A DNA stretch of 62,975 nt, filler included, from Octopus bimaculoides (Eukaryota), in the NCBI RefSeq assembly GCF_001194135.2. It is 5 parts of 4 records of this genome, joined end to end, with 100 filler letters (N's around TTAATTAATTAA, not from the genome) between each part and the next. Parts side by side here need not be neighbours in the genome. Positions count along the whole stretch, not along the records: positions 37,375 to 45,367 come from NC_068997.1; positions 45,468 to 55,863 come from NC_068981.1; positions 55,964 to 62,975 come from NC_068987.1; 2 more parts are not named here. One strand, given 5' to 3'. Of the stretch, positions 43,523 to 56,520 are shown piece by piece (the first letter of the stretch is position 1; every line of letters starts with the position of its first letter). The translations under genes and the position numbers were made by a program. The notes under the pieces are model-generated. The model was not told where the DNA came from and ran no database searches. It saw only the letters and a program-made list of their open reading frames with translations.

Positions 43523-45162
43523 GTATGTTGCTACTTCCTCAATATCTAACCAGGCTGCTAAAACATTGTACTTTTTTTTATATATATATATTTTAAAACG
43601 TATTTTAAACTGGTACACTTTGATAAATTAATAAGGTACACCGGACAATGCAGACGTGTACCAAGATCTCTTGTTCAGTCGAACATTAGTGTTTTATAGT
43701 ATCGTTTTGTTCCACGTAGTGCGTTGCTGATTACTCGGGGGTACTAGTGATAATACTGTGCTGTTTTCTTCTAGATTAAATCAATAAAGATAGATAAGAG
43801 AGAGTCTATCACCTCGATAAACTAGCATTTCCATAGCAACTTACCTGCATGATCAAGGCCCTTCATACTTAACAAATCTGAGCTTCGATCACATACATTA
43901 TTACCATTATCCAACAAGGAAGAGTGGAGATTGTACAATTTAATATACCATAATTTACTCTCGTCAGTATAAAACTTATATTGCCAAGATCCATGAGGAA
44001 GGAGCTTAATACAGACTGATTAAAGTGTCTCTTTAATTATCAAACATAACCAATAATAGCCGTCACTCTTAAGCGAGAATCACATGGTGGCATGTACCAT
44101 TCTTTCACTGCTTGTTTTAAGAGCTGATGTAGTTGCCAGCAGACTTAGACACCCTTTCAGTCAACCACTGCGTGGCTCAGTGGAACATGGAGGACATGAG
44201 AGCTGGAGGGAGAGAAATCTGCACCGGCATTCACCTGACAGCCATTTTCAGCTGTGTAGATTGGAGTAATGTGAAATAAAACGCTTTGCTCGAAGATACA
44301 ACGCACTATCCGGTCTAGGAATTGAACTTGCGCCCTTACGTTCGTGAGGACCTAACCTTAACCGCTTAGTAACTATTGTAAAATTCATCCCCTTCGTTTG
44401 AAACATTCTACTGATTATTTGTCCACCTAACTAAAAAGATCAAAATCTAGGGAAATACAGCTCTTCATCGCACCAGACGTAAGAACTCCTTCCATTATAA
44501 TCAATCTTCAACAAAAATGACTAAGTAAAAGACAACTGTAGGTGCAAACGTGGTTTTCTCCATATAGTAACAACGGAAAGATATATTTCAATACATATTT
44601 TTAACGAATATATTCTCTAACGGGTAGATCTAAAGGAACTGGTAGAGTTTACGAATACAATAGATGAGAATAGAAATACGTTATGTTTCCAAATTTCTCA
44701 CAAACTATTATTGTAAACATCTCTACAGATATTTTTATCCATGCTATAACCCTGAAACAGGCGTAAAAGCAAAGTTTTGCGGTCAAAACGCTCGAATGAG
44801 CCACAAAACATTATTGTATAGATGAATTAAGACATACATACACATACATATACATACCTTCCTAAACGTACATATATATATATATATATGCGTGTGTGTG
44901 TGTATGCGTGTGTGTGTGTGTGTGTGTGTATGTGTGTGTGTGCGCGCGTGCGTGCGTGCGTGCGTGCTTTATCTTTCATTCTGTACATATCCGACGGAAA
45001 ATAATGAAAAATACGTATAGAATAATCCAATAGAAAATGTACTAAGTTATATGTACTAGTGTCTATATAATCGTAAGTATGCATAAATGTATATACGTAT
45101 GTTCGTATGTATGTGTGTGTATATACATATATATACGTACAAATATATAGCGGTATAAATTG

Positions 45163-45201
<39 letters not shown>

Positions 45202-46658
45202 TCACGCACACACATACGCACACACACGAACACATATCTGTCTTTTTCTCTTTAAATTCATGTCTTTATATATCTGTCTGTCGATTTTTCTTTATGAATA
45301 ACCTTATACATATATCAGCGTTGTTTGCGTGTCTGTGTATGCGTGTATATATATATATATATATATANNNNNNNNNNNNNNNNNNNNNNNNNNNNNNNNN
45401 NNNNNNNNNNNTTAATTAATTAANNNNNNNNNNNNNNNNNNNNNNNNNNNNNNNNNNNNNNNNNNNNTATATATATATATATATATATAGGTGTATGTGG
45501 GTGTGCATGTATGTGTACATACATATATGCGAGGGTGTGTATGTATGTGTATATACATATATGTGAGTGTATGTATGCGTATATATGTGTGTGTGTGTGT
45601 GTGTGTATGCATATACATATATGTGGGTGGATATATATACACACACACACAATCATGCATATATATATATGTATACACAACTGCATGTTTAGTTAGCAAA
45701 GAGGATTGTTACATTCGTAGATTCGATAACTCTCCAATAAAATGAAAATGTCTACAGAAAAAATACAACTTGCAGTGAGTCCAACCTACGGCAATATTAA
45801 ACAAAACAAAAATTACAAAACCCCGCAGCTAAATGCATCTAAAGCCAAAAAATAGCAGGGTAAAACCCGGTATTTTTCTTAGAAGCAATGCAGTCTGATT
45901 TACAAATATAGAATAGTAAATAACCAACATGAATGACAACTAATGAAATTCGAACGAGAAGAATTATATTTACATATTTCCTTCTATTTAGATACAAGAA
46001 AGTACATTAAAAAAGAACATTGTGAACAACAAAGTAACAAAATCTGTTACAAATAACATAAATATTAATGTAAAGGATATGGAAAAATATTGCATAAGAA
46101 ATTGGCAAGTATCAACGTTACTTCAAAAGCTAAGTTATAAACCAAGGATAAAAAGTATTTGTTCAATACGGTTCATTAAATAGTTAAACACGGTTCATTA
46201 TCAAATTGTAATACAAACAATATGTTGCGAAACAAACAATAAATAATATCATAAATAGATGTGATTTTATTCACATTATAAACACTATGTTAACGAAAGA
46301 AATGTTTAATGAGAGTTATGGAGCTAACAAAGTCGTTTCTGACCTACAAAATTATATTGTCTACAATTACCTTTATATATCTCATCACCATTTGTAACTT
46401 ATACATATTTACTTTTATGAAATTTATGAAAACATGAAAACAGCAATCGCGTACATTTTGAAGATTTTAATGAATCGTAAATAGCCTAATCTGAAAGGTT
46501 AAAAGCAGAAATGGGGCAAATAATAGAGTACAAACATTATTGTTAAGAAAAGGTATATATTGAATTTCATATACAGTAGTGTCACTCACTGTCAAAGGAT
46601 TATTAAATGTGATATTAGTGATTATAAAGCTGTTTAATTAAAGTAATTGCTTACGTAC

Positions 46659-46683
46659 CTGCCTGGTTCTCACCGTCCTCCAT
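46659..46683 (-). CDS. Candidate first coding exon of an unidentified - strand gene (MEDGENQA)
   Basis: aagATGG Kozak context; overlapping donors CAG|GTACGT and AC|GTAAGC; CCAAT motifs upstream. Confidence 0.35.
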
Positions 46684-47819
46684 CTTGAACGTTTGTGATG
46701 TAAGAAACCGAAATGATGTCGTAAAATTATTTCTGTGAAAATTATTGGAAATAAAAATAAAATATTCTTTTATAAATGTTCGTCTATCGTTAATATGAAT
46801 ATTATTGGTTACGCTATAACCATTAATTGTAAATTATTGGTTAAAAAAGAAAACAGTATATTTTGCAGCATTCTTATTTTTCTTCTCTATCTCAATAACC
46901 TGACGCTTGACAACTTGTCATTGGAGGCTCTTGTAAAGAAGAGAAATATTTATATTCCTTCGAAAGAGATCATGTTTTCATCCTTAAAAATAAAAAGGGT
47001 TTTTTTTTTCCAAAAACAAGTGTATAGAGTTTACCTCATGCAACAGAAATATACTTCAGAGAATTTTTTTTTTTTTTTTTTTTTTNNNNNNNNNNNNNNN
47101 NNNNNNNNNNNNNNNNNNNNNNNNNNNNNNNNNNNNNNNNNNNNNNNNNNNNNNNNNNNNNNNNNNNNNNNNNNNNNNNNNNNNNNNNNNNNNNNNNNNN
47201 NNNNNNNNNNNNNNNNNNNNNNNNNNNNNNNNNNNNNNNNNNNNNNNNNNNNNNNNNNNNNNNNNNNNNNNNNNNNNNNNNNNNNNNNNNNNNNNNNNNN
47301 NNNNNNNNNNNNNNNNNNNNNNNNNNNNNNNNNNNNNNNNNNNNNNNNNNNNNNNNNNNNNNNNNNNNNNNNNNNNNNNNNNNNNNNNNNNNNNNNNNNN
47401 NNNNNNNNNNNNNNNNNNNNNNNNNNNNNNNNNNNNTTTTTTTTTTTTTTTTTTGCTTCTTATTAATAACCACAGAGGAAAAAAAATAAAAGTTAGTGAT
47501 AACAAATTAATGCAGAATTTATTAAAAAGCTGAACCGTGGCGGATTTAACCCCGAATGTAAAGGGACATAACTAAATAGTACAAACCATTTTATTATGCT
47601 TCATACATTGTCACTAACCGACGAAATAACAATTGTTTCTTATTTAGATACAAGACAAGCAATATTAAGAAGAGGGTGTTATTCGATACCATTGACTCCA
47701 GTAGTTGACTGGTACTTAATTTTATCGACCCTTCGGAAATAACAGGCAAGCTGTCCTCGACAAGATTTGAACTCAGAACGTAAGGAGTCGGAAACCGACC
47801 AAGTAATAATGATAACGAG

Positions 47820-49664
47820 TTGTTACTTGGGCATGTGGTTTACAGCAGAATCTGTTGACTACGCTGTGTAAGGATCTGGTCTGAGTTAGAGTAAGGATTA
47901 ATTAGAGCTTAGGATTAATGTTTACAACTTGACCCGGAAACAAAAATAAGCAAAAAATAGTGCAATGGGTGAAAAAAATCTGTAGGAAACGAATATGAAA
48001 AAAAAAGTGCGCGCAAAGCAATGGGAGGGTGAGGAGAGGACCTCGGAAAATTCACAAGATCCGAGTTTTTCCCTCATAACTTTTAGGAAAATGGGGTTTT
48101 TCAATGAAACTTTACATAAATACCTTTCAAACGGCATACATTACGATTATAAAGAAATTTGTGGGTAAAATCTTTTCCAAAGAGGTGGGGGAAGAACCTC
48201 GGAAAATTCACAAGATCCGATTGTTTCCCTTGTAACTTTTAGGAAAATGGGGGGGGTTCCATGAAATTTTATAGAAATCCTTTCAAACGGCATACATTAC
48301 GATTATAAAGTAATTTGTGGGGAAAATCTTGCGGTCTTTTCGGACTTTCGGAAAATTCACAAGATCCGAATTTTTCCTCGTTGCATTCTGAAATCACACT
48401 AGGTAGTGTTTATTTCTACCCACTTTCAATAATTTTTAATGTTTTGGTTTCAATATTGCTTCATTTTATCGTGAATTATTTTTATGCCTTTTTAACCCTT
48501 CCGTAGTTATTCTCATTCACTCGTTATTACTTTCTCTCTCTCTATATATATATCTATATATATAGATAGAGAGAGAGACAGATACATATATTATATATTT
48601 ATATATATATATATACATATATTACATACATACATCTATATACATACATATATATATATATACACACACATATATACACACATATATATATACACACACA
48701 TATATACACACATATATATATACACACNNNNNNNNNNNNNNNNNNNNNNNNNNNNNNNNNNNNNNNNNNNNNNNNNNNNNNNNNNNNNNNNNNNNNNNNN
48801 NNNNNNNNNNNNNNNNNNNNNNNNNNNNNNNNNNNNNNNNNNNNNNNNNNNNNNNNNNNNNNNNNNNNNNNNNNNNNNNNNNNNNNNNNNNNNNNNNNNN
48901 NNNNNNNNNNNNNNNNNNNNNNNNNNNNNNNNNNNNNNNNNNNNNNNNNNNNNNNNNNNNNNNNNNNNNNNNNNNNNNNNNNNNNNNNNNNNNNNNNNNN
49001 NNNNNNNNNNNNNNNNNNNNNNNNNNNNNNNNNNNNNNNNNNNNNNNNNNNNNNNNNNNNNNNNNNNNNNAGATCCCAAGATTTTCCCCACAAATTTCTT
49101 TATAATCATAATGTATGCTGTTTGAAAGGTACTTATATAAAATTTCATTGAAAGAAAACCCCATTTTTCTAAAAGTTATGAGGGAAAAACTCGGATCTTG
49201 TGAATTTTATGAGGTTCTCTCTCCACCCCCTTGGAAAAAATTTTCCCCACAAATTTCTTTATAATCGTAACCTATGCCATTTAAAAGGTATTTATATAAA
49301 ATTTCATTGAAAAAAAACCTATTTTCCTAAAAGTTATGAGGGAAAAACTCGGATCTTGTGAATTTCCAAGGTCTTCTCCCCACTTTCCCGATGCTTTGTG
49401 CGCATTTTTTTAAATATATTCATTTCCTACACATTTTCTACACCCATTGCACTATTTTTCCTGCTTTTCATTTCCAGGTCAAGTTGTAAACATTAACCAA
49501 GCTTAGCGTTAAGGTTAGAGTTTAGGGTTGAGATTTAGGATTAGGGTTTAGTGTTTAGAGTTAGAGTTAGACTGCATGTTAAAGTGTAAATGGCCAGGGA
49601 GTCAATCACAAACTAAAGTGTAAATAACCAGGTAGACCACATGCTAAAGGAGCACCAGTAACAA
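47820..49664. mobile_element. Foldback-like element with long modular inverted arms
   Basis: 47915-~48330 is inverted relative to 49071-49496; each arm has ~150-158-bp subrepeats (cggaaaattcacaagatccga); degenerate outer IRs (ttgttact...gcatgtggt). Confidence 0.8.
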
Positions 49665-49724
49665 TTTTTTTGCGGGCCACAAAGGTAACAAATACACAAG
49701 CATAGGCAAAAATCTGGACATCAT

Positions 49725-50147
49725 CATCATCATCACCATTTTCATCATTTAACGCCTACTTTCCATGCTGGCATGGGTTGGAGAGTTTGATAGGGGATGG
49801 GCAGGCAGGAGTCTACACCAGACTTCTGTCTGTTTTGACAGGGTTTTTACAGCTGGATGCCCTTCATAACACCAACCACCCAGCAGATTGGACTGAATGC
49901 TTTTTTACATATTACAAGCACAGGCAAGGTCAGTTTTGGCAAGTTTTTAAAATTGGATGCCCTTCCAAATGCCAACCCCTTTACAGTATGGACTGGATGT
50001 GGTTGACATTAGGGAAGGCATCCAGCCATAGAAACTACACCAAATCAAACTGGACCCTAGTGCAGCTCTCCAGCTTGCCAGCTCTGGTCAAACTGTCCAA
50101 CTCATGCCAGTATGGACAATGATCAATCAATGGTAATGATGATGATA

Positions 50148-50178
<31 letters not shown>

Positions 50179-50267
50179 GAAATGGGCTGTGCGTGAGAAG
50201 ACCCGGCAAGCCAAGTAGGATCGTTGCCAGTGCCCCTGGACTGGTTCTTGTGCGGTTGGCACATGAN
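49725..50267. mobile_element. Cluster of RTE 3' fragments: two - strand 3' UTR pieces (49725-50125) and a + strand ORF-end piece (50186-50267)
   Basis: tttaacgcctactttccatgctggcatgggttgg and ctggatgcccttc motifs; 50186-50267 is nearly the reverse complement of 18600-18685. Confidence 0.78.
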
Positions 50268-50814
50268 NNNNNNNNNNNNNNNNNNNNNNNNNNNNNNNNN
50301 NNNNNNNNNNNNNNNNNNNNNNNNNNNNNNNNNNNNNNNNNNNNNNNNNNNNNNNNNNNNNNNNNNNNNNNNNNNNNNNNNNNNNNNNNNNNNNNNNNNN
50401 NNNNNNNNNNNNNNNNNNNNNNNNNNNNNNNNNNNNNNNNNNNNNNNNNNNNNNNNNNNNNNNNNNNNNNNNNNNNNNNNNNNNNNNNNNNNNNNNNNNN
50501 NNNNNNNNNNNNNNNNNNNNNNNNNNNNNNNNNNNNNNNNNNNNNNNNNNNNNNNNNNNNNNNNGAGAGAGAGAGAGAGAAAGAGAGAGAAGGAGAGGTT
50601 ATGAGCGGTAGTGGTGTCGATGAGACCCAGAGGTGTCAGATAATGCAGAGTAAGTGCTATGGTTAGACCATAGTTAAGCTCCAGGTTCGGTGATTATGCG
50701 AATAAGGGGTCCAACGTAGGTCATATATCAGCGTGTGTATATAAAGATTTATTTTTTGTAATGAGATAAAAAAAACCAAGGCTGTGAAGATTTTTGAACA
50801 TTTATAAATAGATG

Positions 50815-50862
50815 GTCTTACAGCTGTTTCCAGGATATTTACTATATCCCTTCATCGGAGAC
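50815..50862 (-). ncRNA. Minimal Penelope-type hammerhead-like motif with palindromic stem III
   Basis: RNA GUCU CCGAUGA A GGGAUAU-AGUAA-AUAUCCU G GAAAC AGCU GUA^AGAC; 4-bp stem I, 7-bp stem II, palindrome ACAGCUGU; U4->C variant. Confidence 0.55.
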
Positions 50863-51475
50863 GGTGTGAGAGGATGGTTAAGCAATAGTTAATTTAGATA
50901 AGATTCGAAATAGAGAGTGATGTGGAGGAACGAAAATAGATGTGAGATATGCAAGATGTGAGATAAGTAGAAAGTCAATTTAGACACAGGAAATAATCAA
51001 GGCTTTCATTATTCAAAGAGCTCTGGTTAAGATATTTGTTTATCAGAAAATAAAACTTCAAAATAATTTTGATTTGATAAATATTGTTTAAGAAATTTTC
51101 GTAAATATTCTCGAAGTATATCAGAGAAAAACTTTATAATCATTTATTTTTAATGAAAACAATAGAATAGTTTTAGAGAGGAAGAAAGAAAGAAAGAAAG
51201 AAAGAAATAAAGAAAGAAAGGAAGAAAGGAAGGAAGGAAGAAAGAGAAATGTGCTGCAGTAAATAAAGATTAGTTTATGAAAACAATTGAACAGAGAGAA
51301 GGGGAGAAGTGAAGAGAGGAGGAGGGGTAGGAGGAAGAAGGGAAGAGGAGAGAGAGAGAGAGACACACACACACAAAACACACAACACACACACACACAA
51401 GCAGGCAAGCAGACAGGCAAAAACATTGTCACTGAATAAAAATTGTAATAACTGAAAAGAGTGGTAGAGACTGAG

Positions 51476-51508
<33 letters not shown>

Positions 51509-52263
51509 CTGACAGCAGACAGACAGGCAAGCAGGCAGGCAAGCAGGTAGACAGACAGTGACACACAGTTTATAAAAATTTGTTTGTGCTTGAAGCACAT
51601 ACTAAAATCTTCAAGTCAAAGAAAGTGAGAAGTAAAACATATATGCAAAGCTACACAACTGTTTTCTCTGACTGAACATTCACATACCTCATCTTCAACT
51701 TTAGCTGCTCATTATGGATGGGGATACAACATTACTAAAACACACAAAAGAAAAAAGAGATGGCTTTCATTGGTTCCAATGGACAACCATAACAAAACAA
51801 GCATCTGTTAGACAAGTTCTATTTTGTTTCAGGTCTTAGAAAAATTTTCAAACAAGCTGTGGTTATATGAAAATTTATCCTAATGACTGGATGAGTATAG
51901 AGGACGAATCAAAAATAGTTGATGAATACAGAGGACAAATCAAAAATGGATATTAAAATGAAAATAGGGAGTAAAGTTTAAAACTAGAAAGTGTTGAATA
52001 TGAATAAATGAATAAAAAAGAAATTTCGTTTGTTAGGACCCTTGGAGGAGGTGCCTGATGATTCTACCCTCATTGCTTTTACAGGAATAGTGGGTGGAGA
52101 AGATGAGCAGAAAAAGAATCAAAAAATACAAGAGAAATAATCTGTACAATTAATGTGTCAGTTTGAGTCACTGACACTGATATTGTCTGCAGAAAGAAAA
52201 TTCCATAGTGCAACTGTGAGCAGAGCAAAGTATTACCATTAATTTAGCAATTTTAACTTACAT

Positions 52264-52310
<47 letters not shown>

Positions 52311-52606
52311 CACACATAGAGGCTTCTGTACCAATAAAATCTCTTCTCAAGACAGCAGTTGGAGATGGATTGAGGGTCAATGTCTGTGACCTTTACCTAC
52401 TCTGCCAGACTGGTGTCACTGATGAAGTTGAGACCAAGCTCTAATAGTTGCAGGTCAATGTCTGCTGGAAAAACATGGAGTAAAGGAATTGATGGAGGTG
52501 GGGTTAATTTTGCTCTGAATGCTGGCAATGAAACAAATTCCTCTGAAAGCAGCCATTAATCAGATGTTGGTAATAAACAGAACATTTTATTAGGTCACAG
52601 TAAAGC

Positions 52607-53445
52607 ACAGGGTGGGTCATATAGCGCAGAAGCAAACTACAACATTTGCAGTAGGCCACACATGCATACACTTGAGTGTGGGGAAGCATTGGTCCTTGCT
52701 ATAAGTATGCACCATAAAAAGTAATCAAGAAGGTTGAGATCTGGGCTATTGCTGAGCCAGATGTTAGCCCTCACAAAAAATGGCACCTTCTCACCAAGGA
52801 AGGCTTGTGTTGCTTTTGACCCATGGCATAGTGCAGAATCCTGGATAAGCACCACATTGTCAAGCCCAAACTTCTGCTCCATTCAAAGTAAACAGGGAGT
52901 TCTTCAGGAAGTTCAGATACTCCTTTGTGCTGATCTTCAAGCCAGACTCAATGAAGTGTAGATCCATGACACTTCCATCACTCACCATGGCGCCAAATAC
53001 CATCACAGAGGCAGGATTCTTAGTCTAAAACGCAGTGGAGACATCAGAAGGGTTGTATGCAATCACTCAAAAATTCCAGTGTCAACGGTGAGCTTCTTCC
53101 CATCCACAAGAGTTTTTCCTGCACCTTGATGCTTGATGAATGACAGAAGCTTTTGGCATCTCTCGGCTCTGATTGCTTTAGCCTTGGCTGTTAGAAGGTG
53201 ACAGTGGCATCAAACATAGCCAGTCATGCAAAGATTCCTGTTTACAGCTGTGGACACCATGGAAAGGGATACAATGCATTTCTTTGCAAGAGTTTTCATA
53301 GATATGGATAGGTTGGCTTCAATTGAACATTTGAGGCCCTTAACAATTTTATTGGCAGTGTGTCCAGTGTGTGCCAAAACAACAATGGCAGAACGATTCT
53401 GTTGTTCCATGACTTTCTGTTGTCAAATTAGTTTGTTGTTTACCT
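52607..53445 (-). mobile_element. Decayed Tc1/mariner-superfamily transposase, DD37D (maT type)
   Basis: Fragments: N-terminal HTH-like segment, VDEK, KNPASVMVFG, QDSA..H...SNSPDLNLLDY; 37 residues between the second and third Asp; frameshifts and stops; TIRs not confidently found. Confidence 0.8.
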
Positions 53446-54841
53446 GAAAAACAAAGAGGAGGATTAGATTTTCAAGCTAGCAAGATTTTGTCAAAAATGA
53501 AATGTTAAAATATGTATACATGTCCTTATGCATATATGCTTGTGTATATATATTCGTGAGCCTTTATATTTGTACAAGTTAATGTGCTTGTATGTACTGT
53601 TTCATTCTTATACTAGTTTTTGGCCTTTTCCGTCTGGCCTTGCTGGGAACCCCAGTGCCTATATATACTATATTCTTACTACAACCTGAGAATCTATCTA
53701 TATATCTACTTAAAATTGGTCTCAATTTATCTACAAGACCCTGTAAATACATACACACACAAACACATACAGTGGCACACATACATACAAATATAAACAT
53801 ACACATGTATATATACATATATGTACGCATGCACATACACACACACACGTATTTGAATGTTGAGCATTCATACATTAAAAAATTTAGAAATAATAAGCAG
53901 TAAACTGCTTTATCATATCTTAGATGTAATGACAAAGCAAAATCCAGTCAATGAAGTAAATACAGATAAACTATTTTTTCAATTTGTTTTCATAATTTCT
54001 TCTATTTTTTTTTTTTGTAAATATAGAAAACATTTTTGTCTTGCCATTGGTATATGCGCTTTTCATTTTATCTTTTATATTTTTAATTACAATGTAGATT
54101 CCATTAGTAAAAATCATATAAGTTAAATTATCAATTAATAATTTGTGGGTATTTATTTTTTCTGAAATCAAATTAGTAAACTCAGGTCAAAAGAAACTNN
54201 NNNNNNNNNNNNNNNNNNNNNNNNNNNNNNNNNNNNNNNNNNNNNNNNNNNNNNNNNNNNNNNNNNNNNNNNNNNNNNNNNNNNNNNNNNNNNNNNNNNN
54301 NNNNNNNNNNNNNNNNNNNNNNNNNNNNNNNNNNNNNNNNNNNNNNNNNNNNNNNNNNNNNNNNNNNNNNNNNNNNNNNNNNNNNNNNNNNNNNNNNNNN
54401 NNNNNNNNNNNNNNNNNNNNNNNNNNNNNNNNNNNNNNNNNNNNNNNNNNNNNNNNNNNNNNNNNNNNNNNNNNNNNNNNNNNNNNNNNNNNNNNNNNNN
54501 NNNNNNNNNNNNNNNNNNNNNNNNNNNNNNNNNNNNNNNNNNNNNNNNNNNNNNNNNNNNNNNNNNNNNNNNNNNNNNNNNNNNNNNNNNNNNNNNNNNN
54601 NNNNNNNNNNNNNNNNNNNNNNNNNNNNNNNNNNNNNNNNNNNNNNNNNNNNNNNNNNNNNNNNNNNNNNNNNNNNNNNNNNNNNNNNNNNNNNNNNNNN
54701 NNNNNNNNNNNNNNNNNNNNNNNNNNNNNNNNNNNNNNNNNNNNNNNNNNNNNNNNNNNNNNNNNNNNGAATTTATTATATGTTTTTTTAACTTATTAAT
54801 TTAATGGAACACCACATACTCTTATTTTGTTTACAGTAAAT

Positions 54842-54888
<47 letters not shown>

Positions 54889-55329
54889 AACACATACACA
54901 CATGTATGTATACATATACATATACACGTATGATGTGAGTACTTGTGCATAATAGGAACTTATATAGAAATATACCTTTGCAAAATATCTGCACATAAGA
55001 CATAATATGATATTGTTGCTGTTGAGTATACCTATGACCAAAGACATTCCATGTGTGCTGGGACAAGTCCACATCATCCAATGTCTTTTTGTAAGGCGAT
55101 GGTATGTGACTGGCAGAAGACTGACTTCTATTTCTAGCTGCTTAAGTATCAAGGTAGAGACTCCTTCACTGGATCAAATGCAGTATAATATTCATAAGGC
55201 AGGAGTTTACCGGATTGATAGCATGTCAAATTAAATACCTTGTGATATCTAGCTGCATTTATTTTTTAGATCCTTAGATCAAATCCTATCCAAGTTAGTG
55301 TTGTTTCCTCCTTTTGTAGTTGTGGCTGA

Positions 55330-55685
55330 TGCCAATGCCGCTTGACTGGCTCTCATGCTGGTGGCACGCAATAAGCACCATACATGGGTCGGTCGTTGCC
55401 AGTGCTGCCTGACTGGCTCCCTCTGCCAGTGGCATGTAAAAAGCACCATCCGAACGTGGTTGATGCCATCCCCCTTGCTCCGTCTAGTACCTGTGCTGGT
55501 GGCACGTAAAAAGCACCCACTATATTCTCAGAGTGGTTGGCATTAGGAAGGGCATCCAACTGTAGAAACACTGCCAGATCAGATTGGAGCCTGGTGTGGC
55601 CTCCTGGCTTGCCTGGCCCCAGTCAAACCATCCAATCCATGCCAGCATGGAAAATGGACATTATACAACAACGACGACGATGAAA
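55330..55685 (+). mobile_element. RTE 3' UTR with internal repeats of tggcacgtaaaaagcacc
   Basis: Shares gcattaggaagggcatcc...catgccagcatggaaa with the other copies. Confidence 0.78.
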
Positions 55686-55984
55686 TTTTCTATTTTACAA
55701 CAAATGGAAATATCACAAAAACATAACGAACAAAAAATTTGTAGCTTATTCCTCATCAGTCAACATCCATAAGATCATTACAATTTTGTGCCTTTAACGT
55801 TGATATTGTTCCCTCTTGCTGACATCAGTGGCAAAAAGCCACTGGGAATAGTTAACAAATACTNNNNNNNNNNNNNNNNNNNNNNNNNNNNNNNNNNNNN
55901 NNNNNNNTTAATTAATTAANNNNNNNNNNNNNNNNNNNNNNNNNNNNNNNNNNNNNNNNNNNNTGTGTGTGTGTGTGTGTGTGT

Positions 55985-56166
55985 GTAACATCGCTTCACA
56001 ACCGATGCTGGTGTGTTCACGTCCCCGTATCTTAGCGGTTCGGCAAAAAAGACCGGTAGAATAAGTACCAGGCTTATAAAGAATAAGTCCTGGGGTGCAT
56101 TTGCTCGACCAAAGGTGGTGCTCCGGCATGGCCGCAGTCAAATGACTGAAACAAGTAAAAGAATAA
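55985..56166 (+). mobile_element. SINE family B, 3' half
   Basis: Matches the family B body and tail after a gap. Confidence 0.8.
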
Positions 56167-56298
56167 AAGAATATATATATGTACCGAACTCTAGGGAGCT
56201 TCCTCTCTTATGTTAAATACATACGATCGTAGCAGGTAACACCAAACCTTTGAGCGCTGTTTTGGACCCCGTTGTGTCTACCACTCTGATTGCTTGGT

Positions 56299-56455
56299 AT
56301 TGGCGCAATTTGTCTCTTACTCTATCGCGCGGCAATATGCAACCCAACCAATCACAGCCTTCAAATAAGTCACGTGACACAGTCTTTTCTAAACTGCATT
56401 TGAGCCTACCCGTCAGCTATAAAAAGCTCACCTCCTACTAGTCTCAACGTCAGTT
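56299..56455 (+). promoter_or_regulatory. Candidate Pol II core promoter: CCAAT, E-box, TATA, Inr
   Basis: ATTGG 56299, AACCAATCAC (CCAAT 56348), GTCACGTGAC 56369-56378, TATAAAAA 56418, TCAGTT 56450. Confidence 0.5.
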
Positions 56456-56520
56456 GGTTTCAGACTTTCTAAGGTCTAACCACTGACCACATTACAGCGA
56501 CCTCCATCTTCGTCGCCACC

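Noticed and set aside
44745-44770. cctgaaacaggcgtaa, similar to the 3' half of the 50815 motif
   Set aside because: No CUGANGA-like element or stem II upstream.
48041-48370. Regularly spaced ~24-bp repeats that superficially resemble a CRISPR array
   Set aside because: The ~130-bp intervening sequences are themselves repeats of one another, the context is eukaryotic and there are no cas genes; these are subrepeats of a foldback arm.
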